Shown piece by piece: positions 28,801 through 38,445 of a DNA stretch of 64,000 nucleotides. Below the pieces are notes generated by a model. That model saw only the letters and a list, made by a program, of their open reading frames with translations. It did not search any database and was not told the origin of the DNA. Position 1 is the first letter of the stretch, and the number at the start of each line of letters is the position of its first letter. The position numbers were made by a program, and so were the translations under genes. The DNA comes from Verrucomicrobiaceae bacterium (lineage in GTDB: Bacteria; Verrucomicrobiota; Verrucomicrobiia; Verrucomicrobiales; Akkermansiaceae). Where the stretch lies: NCBI GenBank assembly GCA_051252135.1, contig JBPOGH010000007.1, forward strand, positions 32,001 to 96,000, written 5' to 3'.

Positions 28801-31800
28801 CATCCGGAAATGTTGAGGGCGGTGAGGGTGTTGCGCGGGGCGTCGGAGAGGAGGATGCCGTGGGCGGGGTTGACGACGGGTTGGGTGCCGCAGTCGGCGA
28901 TGAGGGAGTAGAGGATTTGTTCACCCAGTTGGCCCGAGGCGCTTGGGGAGCGGAGGTAGATGCGTCCGACGGTGTTTCCCCAGGTGTCCGGTCCGCTGAG
29001 GAAGATGCCGCCGCGATCGCAGTTGGAGGCGAACTTGAGTCCGAGGATGTTTTGGGAGGCTCCGTTTTCGAAGAGTGCGCCATACTGGGTGCAATCGCGG
29101 ATGGCGGTTTCGATTCGGTAGGCGGTGGGTTTTTCGAAGGCGGTGCTGTAGAAGCTGTTGTGCTTTACACCGGTGCCGTTGAGGACGAGCCCGGTGCCGG
29201 TGACGTCATCGATTTCAACCGTGGAGATGAAGCGATTGCTGGAGGCATTATCGGTGAGGACGAGGCCATCATTTCCCGCGGTGCTGACGGTGAAACCGGT
29301 GAAGGAATTCCATGTGACATTGTCCTCGATGAGAGCGCCGGTGCCGCCTGCGGTATCGATGGAGGTGTTGGTGAACGAGTTGTTATTACAGAAACCGCTG
29401 AGGGTGAAGCCGTCGCCGCCGCTTTGGTTGATGTGGGTGTCGACGAAGGTGTTGTGATGGCACTCGTTGTTGATGAAGAGGCCTTTGTCGCCGCTGCCGT
29501 CGATGGTGAAAAAGGAGAGGGTGTTTCCGCTGCTGCCGTTGACGAGGCGGAGGCCATCGCCGGAGAAGTTTTTGAGGGTGACCGAGCTGATCTCGGTATC
29601 GGTGGCGCCATCGAGGAGGAGTCCATGGGTTCCGGCGGGGAGATTTTGGCCATCGAGGACGACATCGCGGAAGCGGATTTTATCGCCGCTGGTGATGGGA
29701 GGAAGGGGAGCGGTCATGAGGACGTTGCCTCCGCCAAAGGGGAGAGAGATGACATCACGACGATTGGCTCCGGCTTTGTCGGGAGGGGAGACTTTGAATG
29801 ACTCATTCTGGGTGAGGGCGCGGCCGAGTGAGCCGTTGGCGAGGAGGAGAGCTTCGAGGATTGAGATCTCATCATCGGCTGCGTTGCTGGTGTTGAGCAG
29901 AGTGACGGTGATGCTTGCTCCGCTTTGCAGGGTGTCATCGACGATATGAATGGGGCGGGTGACGCGGAAGGTGAAGGGGGCGGAAACGACGGAGCCGTAG
30001 GTGACAGTGAGGGTGTGGTCGGGAACGGTGGAGAGTCCGGGGAGGATGATGAGAAGGTGGGTGTCATCGATCACCGAGGAGCCGACGATGGTGCCATTGA
30101 CGCGGACCTCGGGGCGTTGGCCGATGAAGTTTTCGCCAATGAGGGTGATGGTGCCGCCGACATCCTGGGGGGCGGGATCGAGGGCGGTGATGACGGGGGG
30201 CGGGATGAGGGTGAAGATTCCTTGTTCGCCGAGCGAGAAGGAGTCGGATTTGATGTCGGTGGATTTTTCGATACAGAGGTGGGCTTTGAGAGTGGTGAAT
30301 CGGGCGGAAAATCCCTGCGGGACTTCGATGACGAGTCGGTTGTCCGTGTTTTCAGAAACGACGGCGGCGAGGGGAGAGCCGATCTGGCTGGGTTCCTGGC
30401 CGCGTGGGATGGACTCGGGGAATTGGCAGAAGGATACGGTGGGGGCTTCGGTGCCGAAGCCCGAACCGGTGATGGTGATCTTGTCGCCAGCCCGTGCGGT
30501 GAGGGGAGAGATTCCGGTGATGCGGGGGGCGAAGGGGTCGCCGACGACGAGGATGGAGCGTTCCATGGCGAGGGTGCCGGGGGAGAAGAGAGTGCCGGCG
30601 CGCTCAAGGGCCTGGAGGCCGCTGCTGATTTTTCCGAGGACGTCGATTTGCTTGAAGGCGAAGGAGGCTCCGTGGAAGGCGTGGATGCTGAGCTTGGCTG
30701 CTTGATCGGGGAGTTTTTTGGCCTGATTGACGGCGAATTGTTTGGTCAGGTCGCTGGCGAGGGATTTGGCGAGTTCATAAAAGGCGGCTTTGCTGAAGGC
30801 CTGGTCGCCATTGCGGTAAGCGGTGAGTGTTTTGGCGAGGGTGAAGATGGCGGTCTTGATGTAGCCATCGGCGGCTTCGCCAATGTCCTTGACGCTGAGG
30901 AGGACACCGACGGCATCGGTGGCGGCGAGGAGGGCGTTGCTGGCGGCGGAGAGTTCCCATTGGTATCCGGGGTCGGATTTTTCAAGGGAGGCGGCTTGGT
31001 TGTTCGCGTTGACGTTGATCCAATCGGTGCCATACCAGATGTTTCCACTGGTGGCGGTGAGGAGGTAGATTTTGGGGTCGTTGCGGGGGACGGTGAAGCG
31101 GTGGGAAGGGTTTTCGGTGGTGCCATCGCCGATGAGTCCGGCGACGCCATTGCTGATGGCGGAAATGGAGTTGCCGAAGTAGTCGAGCTTGGCGGAGTCG
31201 AGGGTGGCACGGACCCACCCGTATTGGAGAGGCGGGCCGATGGGGGTGGGGGCGGTATCGGGATCATTGAGGGCGAGATCGCGGATGTCATTGATGCCGC
31301 CGGGGAAGTCCCAGGGGGAGAGTTCGTTGAGGCTGATGGTCCAATCGAGCCGGGTGTCACGGGAGGAAGGGTAGTCGAGGAAGAGGTTGCGAGCATTGGA
31401 GGGATCGACTTTTACGGAGGAGTTGAGGCTCTTGGAGTGTTGGAGGATGGGATTGGACTCGGAATTGGGATCGGGGTTGAGCTCGCGGAGTTTGACGCCG
31501 TAGGTGAGGACGTCATCGCCGGGATAGGGCTTGAAGAGGCCCTGAGGACCGAGCGGGGCTTGTTGGGTGGCGGAGACGAGGGCGACGAGTTGGGTATCGA
31601 CGCGGGCGTCATTGAGGTAGCCGCTGGCGCCGTTGGAGGTGATGAGATCGGTCAGGGTGCTGAATTCAGGTCGGGTCGAAATGAAGTCGGATTGGAGTGA
31701 GGTTTGGGAATCGCTGTGAGAGCCGAGGGCCGGATTGGTGAGAACGAGGGCGCGGGCGGTGGAGGCGGCATCGACGGTGATGTTGTTATCGACGCTGAGA

Positions 31801-32294
31801 ATGCGTGCGAGATAGGCGGGATCGGACTCCGAGCGGGCGACGATGATGGTGGCGGGGGAGTCTTTTTCGAAGAGGGCGGTAAAAGAGCCATTGGCGGCGA
31901 CATCGTTGAAGGACTCGGAGGTGCCGGCGAAGTATCCGCTTCGAGAGATGCCGGGAGGTGGGGTGAAGGTGCCTGAGACTTGGCGAAGAATGATGAGGGG
32001 GAGGGGGAGTTTGGTGGGGACGAGTGAATCGTCGATCACGATGGTTCCCGAGTTGGCTCCGGAGGGAATGCTGAAAGTAACCGTGTCCGGGGTGACGGCG
32101 GTGACATTAGCCGAAGTGCCTTCTACCGAGACGGTGTGGGTGAGGGAGTCATCGAAGATGCCCGATATGGTCACCGTTGTTCCCGGTAGCCCGCTGACAG
32201 GCTCCATGGTGGTGAATGTGAGAGCGGAAAGGCTTCCGCTTGTTAGAATCAGGGCAAGCGCGTGCCTGATTTTTGTGGTCAATGTCCCCCTCAT
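25851..32294 (-). CDS. Giant secreted protein (2147 aa): IPT/TIG domains, helical insert, right-handed beta-helix repeats, PVC-type C-terminal domain
   Basis: Signal peptide; P..G..GTTVTISG and PRITGISP..AGDKITITGSGF TIG repeats; many N.IGG / GN.I / G(I)...GI.I beta-helix turns; DPDRDQTPNLLEFLFGTDP near the C-terminus. Confidence 0.8.
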   Translation of the reverse strand: MRGTLTTKIRHALALILTSGSLSALTFTTMEPVSGLPGTTVTISGIFDDSLTHTVSVEGTSANVTAVTPDTVTFSIPSGANSGTIVIDDSLVPTKLPLPLIILRQVSGTFTPPPGISRSGYFAGTSESFNDVAANGSFTALFEKDSPATIIVARSESDPAYLARILSVDNNITVDAASTARALVLTNPALGSHSDSQTSLQSDFISTRPEFSTLTDLITSNGASGYLNDARVDTQLVALVSATQQAPLGPQGLFKPYPGDDVLTYGVKLRELNPDPNSESNPILQHSKSLNSSVKVDPSNARNLFLDYPSSRDTRLDWTISLNELSPWDFPGGINDIRDLALNDPDTAPTPIGPPLQYGWVRATLDSAKLDYFGNSISAISNGVAGLIGDGTTENPSHRFTVPRNDPKIYLLTATSGNIWYGTDWINVNANNQAASLEKSDPGYQWELSAASNALLAATDAVGVLLSVKDIGEAADGYIKTAIFTLAKTLTAYRNGDQAFSKAAFYELAKSLASDLTKQFAVNQAKKLPDQAAKLSIHAFHGASFAFKQIDVLGKISSGLQALERAGTLFSPGTLAMERSILVVGDPFAPRITGISPLTARAGDKITITGSGFGTEAPTVSFCQFPESIPRGQEPSQIGSPLAAVVSENTDNRLVIEVPQGFSARFTTLKAHLCIEKSTDIKSDSFSLGEQGIFTLIPPPVITALDPAPQDVGGTITLIGENFIGQRPEVRVNGTIVGSSVIDDTHLLIILPGLSTVPDHTLTVTYGSVVSAPFTFRVTRPIHIVDDTLQSGASITVTLLNTSNAADDEISILEALLLANGSLGRALTQNESFKVSPPDKAGANRRDVISLPFGGGNVLMTAPLPPITSGDKIRFRDVVLDGQNLPAGTHGLLLDGATDTEISSVTLKNFSGDGLRLVNGSSGNTLSFFTIDGSGDKGLFINNECHHNTFVDTHINQSGGDGFTLSGFCNNNSFTNTSIDTAGGTGALIEDNVTWNSFTGFTVSTAGNDGLVLTDNASSNRFISTVEIDDVTGTGLVLNGTGVKHNSFYSTAFEKPTAYRIETAIRDCTQYGALFENGASQNILGLKFASNCDRGGIFLSGPDTWGNTVGRIYLRSPSASGQLGEQILYSLIADCGTQPVVNPAHGILLSDAPRNTLTALNISGCTGDAFRLEGASCQDNQLLSVRTGVSDFIENVDPVASPNMGASIRIRDQASRNIIAAKIEIFIGTFGGGNVSYYLRNRLSNDLAGGLIIEEDAFANELRDTDIGGTPTDDGEGAVGANGIAILTGAHSNKIGSNHYREPTYINACPESAVLIDGPASINNVLTGLNIGIIAHRGVSSSAPDERQNTNGITLQNLTSGNKLGTAGPLTERPPSFFGTISNVTLVSTNALEAAITLDNASGIVLANGDLSSPNEIICTSASGSLSGLRITGGAQANVIGSRDSALSNRFSTDQEGTACIHIDNNQIDRPELNRNRFYNNSTTINGTAEDTDLFTTDVPVGLLISDNSQGNVFGESLHINYIQGAKIDSSSGNWLRDSEFNIFGATQWGSSTGHSLAILLLDASNNLIGGPTTGNLLGSAWSTAAPAQNPNSAGLAIVGGQNNTVSGNIIDDISGHGIIISNSRSNLIGGSSIPEGNEITANSLSGIMLAGHTCQDNFIQGNRIGASRNNQNLGNSENGILIKDAALSNTIGGAIDSTIGATAFRRRLSPGTIAGNVIAYNGIDGVQVSGSGTENNAILFNSIHTNNNRGIALTGGGNSSKSLDISGSYTRGTATGTVNNLSEIPVGSTLQFFGDSDTEGEVYLGQTTVQTGGGFLAYFRPNPFTQLTVTATTPETAVFGETTEFQTIDPANDLALTLNRPGSPTNRTVSFSNNILPVLSFAATSTGASTRITDLTVQAGGTLNEATEIDSVALYLDHDADGEITDRDEKISEDEVFTTNDGQLTFKPENLVIPEDQTRQLIVAYHGSGATGRTATLEITEANSVTGHFILPPLSAAPLATFPIQSDTLTLGTPPPGLSFSGWQTQNFPGQSNPSVIGALADPDRDQTPNLLEFLFGTDPNNPNSSAFPIAVTPTGQFGIEFPYAKNLEGITVTYETSPDLETWTPFSSGAYSVTFGDPTHTARYLLPNTHPDQYIRLRATLGSSD

Positions 32295-32413
32295 TGCACC
32301 GAGTAAGGTAGGAGGAGGAGGCCCAAGGGGGAAGGGAAAAAGGAAAATGCCTTGGTTGGGGCTGCTTGGTTTTTAGACGGGCAGGAGATCGGGACCTTGG
32401 AAGCGATCAGATT

Positions 32414-32851
32414 TTATTGGGTTTTTTCGTCTTTGTGGAGGTGTTCTTTCTCGATGGCTTCGAGAGTTTTGAGCTGTTTTTGCAGTTTGGCGATTTGTCC
32501 GCGGGCGGCGAGTTCATCGCGGATTCCCTCGGTATAGGCGATTTCCCAGTATTGGTTGGCGATGTCCGAATCGAGCTCCGACCGGAGAAGTTGAATCCGG
32601 GCGGCGATGTCCGGGTTGCTCTTCATCATTTCGAGAAATTTGGCCCAAGCCTTTCCGTTGGGCTTCAGGTGTTCGTTGAGGTAGTCGCGGCTTTCTTCTT
32701 TTTCGATGTTATCGATGCGCTCCTGATAGATTTTTGTGAAGTCGTCGACGCGTTTGATTCGGGAGTCGAAGAGGACGTTGAGTTTTTCGGTGATCTCGTC
32801 GGCTGAAAGAAGGGAGAGGGAGGTGAGGAAAAGGAGCGTAGCGAGTTTCAT
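32414..32851 (-). CDS. Secreted alpha-helical hypothetical protein
   Basis: MKLATLLFLTSLSLLSA signal peptide; host-like codon usage. Confidence 0.7.
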   Translation of the reverse strand: MKLATLLFLTSLSLLSADEITEKLNVLFDSRIKRVDDFTKIYQERIDNIEKEESRDYLNEHLKPNGKAWAKFLEMMKSNPDIAARIQLLRSELDSDIANQYWEIAYTEGIRDELAARGQIAKLQKQLKTLEAIEKEHLHKDEKTQ

Positions 32852-32912
32852 GGGTCCGAGTCTTTCGAGATCGGATTGGAGGTCAATGATCGAGATGGGT
32901 AAGGAGGTGTTT

Positions 32913-33077
32913 CTACCATTCGATTTTAACGCCGAAGGTGGCGTTGAGGCCGGGGGCGTTTTGGCCGGATCCGTGGATGCGGTAGTCCTGGTCGGTGAGG
33001 TTCTCGAGGGCGAGATTGAGCTGGATGTTTTCGGTGGCCTGCATGCCGGCGCAGAGGGAGGTGACGAGGTAGGAGGG
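32913..33077 (-). pseudogene. Duplicated 3' fragment of the TonB-dependent receptor gene (direct repeat of 38446-38610)
   Basis: About 165 bp with 9 mismatches by manual alignment; encodes PSYLVTSL...GLNATFGVKIEW-stop. Confidence 0.9.
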
Positions 33078-33100
33078 TGCTTTGAGGGGAAGGGAAGGAA

Positions 33101-36100
33101 ATGATGCAGGGGAAAGCCAGCCATCAGGCATCGTGTGATAATAAACCTTGGTATAAGGTGTCTTTTCATTATCGTCCTAATATGATGCTTAAAACGTCAT
33201 ATTTAGGGCAGGAATTTTTGAGTTTTCACGAGGATCAAACTGCCTCGTATTCGCCCAGCGCACGATGGGTTCTTGCATTGTTTCTGAAATTCTCTGTGGG
33301 ATTCTTGATTCTCGCGTCAATGAGCAATTCGGCTTCTGCGAGCAGTCCGTCGATAAATCTCACACAGCTTCCCGATTCGAGGGAGAACGTATCTGATTTT
33401 GTCGTTAGCCCAGACAATACTAGAGTGGTTTACCGAGCTGCTCAAGACACAGCGAGCGTCCATGACATCTACAGTGTTCCGACCGATGGTAGTGCCCCGC
33501 CGGTCAAACTTAGTAGTCCTCCAAGCAAAGGATGGCGTCAATTAACTTTCGAAATCACACCTGACAGCTCACGGGTGGTATTTGCGGGGGAATCCTCTAG
33601 TTCCAAGTTAAGGGACCTTTACAGTGTTCCGCTGGATGGGAGTGCTCCTCCTATTCAACTGAATGATTCTCTGGTGGAAGGATTTGAGGTGGATTCATTC
33701 ACGATCAGTCCGGACGGCGCCTGGGTTGTCTATCGCATTGATCAGGTTTCCGGTTCATCAGCGGGATACTATCGGGTGTCGGTGGATGGCAACGGTGCCC
33801 CCATCGAGCTCAACATTCCTGTTGAAGCGCGTTTCGCGAAAATCCGCATCAGTTCGGATAGTTCCTGGATCGTTTACCAGACCGAAATAAATAAGGCTCT
33901 GCATTCACTGCCCTTGGACACCCCGGCATCGCCCACGGAATTGACCCAAACCGAGGACGGCACATATCTCAGTCATTCGGAGTTGAGCTCAGATGGCACT
34001 CGATTGATTTATACGATTAAGGCTGGGTTTCAGCATGTGAAGGGTGATGAACTGTATAGCGTGCCCATCGACGGGAGTGAACCTCCCACAAGACTAGTGG
34101 GCCCCTTACAAACCGAAGCGAGTATCGATTCGATTCTCATCAGCCCAGATAGTTCGCGAGTGGTCTATTGGGTTTACCAGGGAGTTCCCCCGGGGGTCAA
34201 TTTCGGTCGTAAGGAACTCTACAGTGTTTCGGTGGATGGGAATTCCAGTCCGATCAAGCTCAATGGGCCACTCGTTGAGGGAGGAAGCGTTGAGTCTTTT
34301 GCGATCAGTACAGATAGCACTAGGGTGGTCTATCACGCCGATCAGAATATCGATGGAGTGGAGGAGATTTTCAGTGTTCCCTTGGGTGGTGGCGCATTTC
34401 CGGCAAAGCTGAATGGGGCTTTGGGTGAAGGGAGAAGTGTCGATGCCTACCAGATTAGCGAGGATAGTTCCCAAGTAGTGTATCTTGCAGATCAAGAGAG
34501 AGAGGGAGTTTTTGAGCTCTTCAGCGTCGCTTTGGATGGTAGCTCATCCCCACTTAAGCTCAACGGGCCTCTTGCTGACTGGGAGAATGTTGCTGCCTCC
34601 TTCGCCATCCTTCCGGACAGCTCGGGGGTCGTCTATCATGTTAATCAGGATTTTGATGCCCCCTCTGCTCTCTACAGTGTCGCCTTGGATGGCAGTGAGG
34701 CTCCTGTTCCTCTTGACGCCCCTTCCGTAAATTTGGCCTACAAGAATCAAACCCTGACGGTGAGCGCGGATAGCTCTCGAGTAGTCTTTTTGGCAAGTGA
34801 TAATCTCTACCCTTTATTCGAACTTTTCAGTGCTCCAGTGGATGGAAGTGTTCCTCCGAGCAAGCTCAATGGTCCGCTGGTCAGCTCGACATCGGGAACG
34901 GTAAGCGAGGTCAAGTTCAGCGCGGACGGTTCTTATGTTTTCTATATACTGAGTGCGAATAGACATGTTAATCTCTACGGTGTGCCAGTCAACGGGAGTT
35001 CGGCGCCTTCCAAGATCAATGGTGGTTTGAACTTGGATTCGCAAGCGCAAGTGAACGGATTCTTCGTTAGTCCGGCTGGCTCACGCGTCGTTTATCGCTC
35101 TGATTTGGAGGTTCCGAGCCTTGCCCAACTCTACAGCGCGCCTTTCACTGGCGACGGTCGGATCGCCAAACTCAATGGACCTTTGGTTTCAGAGGCGTAT
35201 TGGGAAAACATTATCGGAGGAAACAACATGCAAACCGTCCGGATTACCCCGGATAGCTCTCAAGTGATCTTTTCCTTCTTCAAACAGCCCTATTTTGGGT
35301 TCTATCCGCCCGAGGAATGGGTGGAATTCTACAGTGCTCCGCTCGATGGGAGTGCGCCTCCAAGACTTCTCTACAGTGTTTCGGAGTTTTCTCTCTTTCC
35401 TGATATCAGTCCAGACAGCTCCCGGCTGGTTTATAGCAACTGTGACGATGACCGATTTTACACGATAGACTTAAACGGTGAGGCACCTCCAATCGACCTT
35501 GGTGAGCACCACTCTGACTACCCACTCACCACAGGCATCAGTCCAGATAGCTCCCGGCTTGTCTATCGCGATGCGTTGGGAAACCTTTATAGTGTGCTGC
35601 TGGATGGCAGTTCCCCCGCGGTTCGACTCAATGCTCGTAATACCGGTAGCGTTCTGGAGCCGACCAGGACCTTGCCTTCATTCGTCATCAGTCCAGACAG
35701 TTCTCTGGTAATCTATCGCGGCGGGCGCGAATGGGACTCTGAAGCATACAGCGTGCCTCTGGATGGCAGCCAGCAACCTCGCCTCATGGAGAACGTGGGA
35801 GATTTTTTCACGATCACCCCGGATAGCTCCCGGGTGGTATATCGTGAAAAATATGAGCATCCGGGGCCTGCGCAACTCTTCAGCGTGCCCTTGGATCTCA
35901 GTACGGCACCAGTCGATCTCACTGGCTCTCTCGCTGCGCAAAAATCGGTAGATTCCACCTTTGTTGTCAGTGCGGACAGCTCGCGGGCGGTCTTTCTCAT
36001 AGGAGATGATCTCTACAGCGTTCGGGTGGATGGGAGCGAGACTGCGGTCAAACTCAGTAGTTTCGGGCCGGTCGATTCTTTCAAGGTTAGTCCGGACAGC

Positions 36101-38260
36101 AGCTACCTAGTCTATGAGGCGGATCGGGAACTCTACAGCGTTCCCTTGAATGGCAGTGAAGAGGCACTCAAGATAAGCGACTATCCCCTCTTGTATCCCC
36201 CCGCGTCGCCGCCGCCGGGTACCTATGAGATCAGCCCTGATAGCTCAAAAGTGATTTACGTCGGTGCCCATCCGGATCAGGGCGCCGACATCTATGTCAA
36301 CTCCATCACAGGCGGACCGATTCCGTTTTATGTCGACGCCTCGGCTCCTCCCGGAGGCAATGGGGTCACCTGGAATTCGGCCTACCAGGACCTACAATCC
36401 GCAATTGCGGCTGCGCCTGCAGGCTGTGAGATTCGTATGGCACAAGGGGTGTATTATCCCGATGAGAAGGGAGGTGAGAACAGTGATGCTCGCGACGCAA
36501 GCTTTGTGCTTGGAGGGGATCTCACTCTCGTGGGTGGCTTTCCGGCCGGAGGGGGTTCCACAATTGATCCTTCACTTTTTCCAACGGTGTTGAGTGGCGA
36601 CATTGAACAATCGGGAATGGCGGAGCAGGGATGCTATCAGGTGGTGAGAGTAGATGATGGGGATGATCTGAGCCTGTCGAAAGTGACTCTTGAAGGTCTT
36701 ACGATCACTGGAGGCTATGCTGACGGGGCTGGCTCTCAAAACGAGGGGGCGGGCATCTGGAATGCTGAGAACCTGAGCCTGATAAACGTGACTTTATCTG
36801 AAAACATTGCGACTGGTTCGGGGGGAGGCATTTTTTCGAACCAAGGCAGTGTCGTCTCGGTGGATCGAGGGGTCTTCGAAGGGAATGCGGCGTTGAATGG
36901 TGGTGCGGCAGCGGTTTTTTCCGAGGCTTCCTTCACAAACTGCGTCTTCAGTGGCAATTCGGCGGAAGAGTCGGGCGGGGCGATCGATGGGGGCGGGGCG
37001 GTGGTAGAGCGATTTTTGCAAACGGGAGATGTGTGGAAGTATTTGGATGACGGGAGTGATCAGGGAGAGGCATGGCGGGAAATGGGATTTGATGACGGTG
37101 AGTGGTTGGAAGGGGCGTCGCAGTTAGGCTATGGTGATGGGGATGAGACGACAGTGATCAATTATGTTGATGTGGATTCGGCGGCGGGAGGAGTGCAGAA
37201 GAATGCCACGACGTATTTTCGGAAACGGGTGATGATTGCCAATCCAAGTGCGTTTGAGGAGTTTGTGATCGATTACCTTTTCGATGATGGAGTGGCGGTT
37301 TATGTGAACGGAGTGGAGAGGGCGCGGCAGAATCTTGCGGATGGGGCGGCTTACGATGAGTATGCCACTGCGCAATCGGACGACAATACAAGGCGGGTTG
37401 TGGTTTTGGGTTCAGCGGATTTTGTCGCGGGGGAGAACGTGATCGCAGCGGAGGTACATCAGAGGAGTGCCGTGAGTTCGGATGTGAGTTTTGATTTGGA
37501 GCTGCGGGGGCGGAGAGTGGTGGATGGTTCCACATCGATTTCGATGACCAACTGCTCGCTTGCGGGGAACTCGGCAGAATTTTCCGGAGGGGCAATCCGG
37601 GGCTCTTTGATCGAGATGACCAATTGTATTGTTTGGGGAAACACGGCGCCGATCTTTGCTGAGATCGAGGGTTCGCTGACAGGCAGGAACAATCTGAACG
37701 AGGGAGAAGCTCAAGCGAGCAATCCACTATTCATCCGGAATCCGGGAACCCTGGCGGCGGACGATTATGGTGATTTGAGGCTTCAGATGAATTCGCCGGC
37801 GTTGGAGTCTGGTCTAAACGAGGCGATTTCCACTCCTGGCGATCTTGCCGATCAGGCTCGCATTGTGGGAACGGTGGATCTTGGGGCTTTCGAGGGGTAT
37901 TATACGACATTTGAGCTTTCAGGATTCTCCGATCCGAATGGGGATGATAATGGAAATGGGATTTCGAATTTCGCAGAGTATGTGCGAGGGGGAGACCCAG
38001 CGGCAGACGATGATCTGGCACTGCTTCCGTTGATCGATTTGAGCGTTCTCAGATTTTCCTCCCGGCCGAATGCGGCTGATGCAGAAATCCGCTACGAGGT
38101 ATCGCGGAGTTTGCTGCCGGGATCCTGGAAGCAGATTGCTGAGGAGAATCTGCCTTTGGAGGTTGTTCCGGTTTCTGTGGACCGGAATGAGGTCATTTTC
38201 ACACTACCAGAGCCGTTCGAGAGGCTCCTGTTCTTCCGACAGCGGATTATTGCCCGGTAG
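33101..38260 (+). CDS. Large secreted protein: ~20 TolB/PD40-like beta-propeller blades, pectin-lyase-like beta-helix with an inserted galactose-binding-like domain, PVC-type C-terminal domain
   Basis: 20 copies of ISPDSSRVVY...LYSVPLDGS; FYVDASAPPGGNG.TW..AY.DLQ.A; GGA repeats; WKYLDDGSDQG domain. True start is probably downstream (about 33182 or later). Confidence 0.8.
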   Translation: MMQGKASHQASCDNKPWYKVSFHYRPNMMLKTSYLGQEFLSFHEDQTASYSPSARWVLALFLKFSVGFLILASMSNSASASSPSINLTQLPDSRENVSDFVVSPDNTRVVYRAAQDTASVHDIYSVPTDGSAPPVKLSSPPSKGWRQLTFEITPDSSRVVFAGESSSSKLRDLYSVPLDGSAPPIQLNDSLVEGFEVDSFTISPDGAWVVYRIDQVSGSSAGYYRVSVDGNGAPIELNIPVEARFAKIRISSDSSWIVYQTEINKALHSLPLDTPASPTELTQTEDGTYLSHSELSSDGTRLIYTIKAGFQHVKGDELYSVPIDGSEPPTRLVGPLQTEASIDSILISPDSSRVVYWVYQGVPPGVNFGRKELYSVSVDGNSSPIKLNGPLVEGGSVESFAISTDSTRVVYHADQNIDGVEEIFSVPLGGGAFPAKLNGALGEGRSVDAYQISEDSSQVVYLADQEREGVFELFSVALDGSSSPLKLNGPLADWENVAASFAILPDSSGVVYHVNQDFDAPSALYSVALDGSEAPVPLDAPSVNLAYKNQTLTVSADSSRVVFLASDNLYPLFELFSAPVDGSVPPSKLNGPLVSSTSGTVSEVKFSADGSYVFYILSANRHVNLYGVPVNGSSAPSKINGGLNLDSQAQVNGFFVSPAGSRVVYRSDLEVPSLAQLYSAPFTGDGRIAKLNGPLVSEAYWENIIGGNNMQTVRITPDSSQVIFSFFKQPYFGFYPPEEWVEFYSAPLDGSAPPRLLYSVSEFSLFPDISPDSSRLVYSNCDDDRFYTIDLNGEAPPIDLGEHHSDYPLTTGISPDSSRLVYRDALGNLYSVLLDGSSPAVRLNARNTGSVLEPTRTLPSFVISPDSSLVIYRGGREWDSEAYSVPLDGSQQPRLMENVGDFFTITPDSSRVVYREKYEHPGPAQLFSVPLDLSTAPVDLTGSLAAQKSVDSTFVVSADSSRAVFLIGDDLYSVRVDGSETAVKLSSFGPVDSFKVSPDSSYLVYEADRELYSVPLNGSEEALKISDYPLLYPPASPPPGTYEISPDSSKVIYVGAHPDQGADIYVNSITGGPIPFYVDASAPPGGNGVTWNSAYQDLQSAIAAAPAGCEIRMAQGVYYPDEKGGENSDARDASFVLGGDLTLVGGFPAGGGSTIDPSLFPTVLSGDIEQSGMAEQGCYQVVRVDDGDDLSLSKVTLEGLTITGGYADGAGSQNEGAGIWNAENLSLINVTLSENIATGSGGGIFSNQGSVVSVDRGVFEGNAALNGGAAAVFSEASFTNCVFSGNSAEESGGAIDGGGAVVERFLQTGDVWKYLDDGSDQGEAWREMGFDDGEWLEGASQLGYGDGDETTVINYVDVDSAAGGVQKNATTYFRKRVMIANPSAFEEFVIDYLFDDGVAVYVNGVERARQNLADGAAYDEYATAQSDDNTRRVVVLGSADFVAGENVIAAEVHQRSAVSSDVSFDLELRGRRVVDGSTSISMTNCSLAGNSAEFSGGAIRGSLIEMTNCIVWGNTAPIFAEIEGSLTGRNNLNEGEAQASNPLFIRNPGTLAADDYGDLRLQMNSPALESGLNEAISTPGDLADQARIVGTVDLGAFEGYYTTFELSGFSDPNGDDNGNGISNFAEYVRGGDPAADDDLALLPLIDLSVLRFSSRPNAADAEIRYEVSRSLLPGSWKQIAEENLPLEVVPVSVDRNEVIFTLPEPFERLLFFRQRIIAR

Positions 38261-38445
38261 GTGGCGATGGTGTCAACGGGTAGGCGGGTAGAAAGGGAGT
38301 TGGAGTCGAGAGCAATGGTTTCAGAACTTGTCCGATAATGAGGGACAGAGCGCTGCCGTAACATCTGAAGTACCTAAAAAATACATGGATTGTCGAGGAC
38401 GTAGCTTCCTGAGCCGGAATTATATTTGCAGATTCCCCTAGTTGC

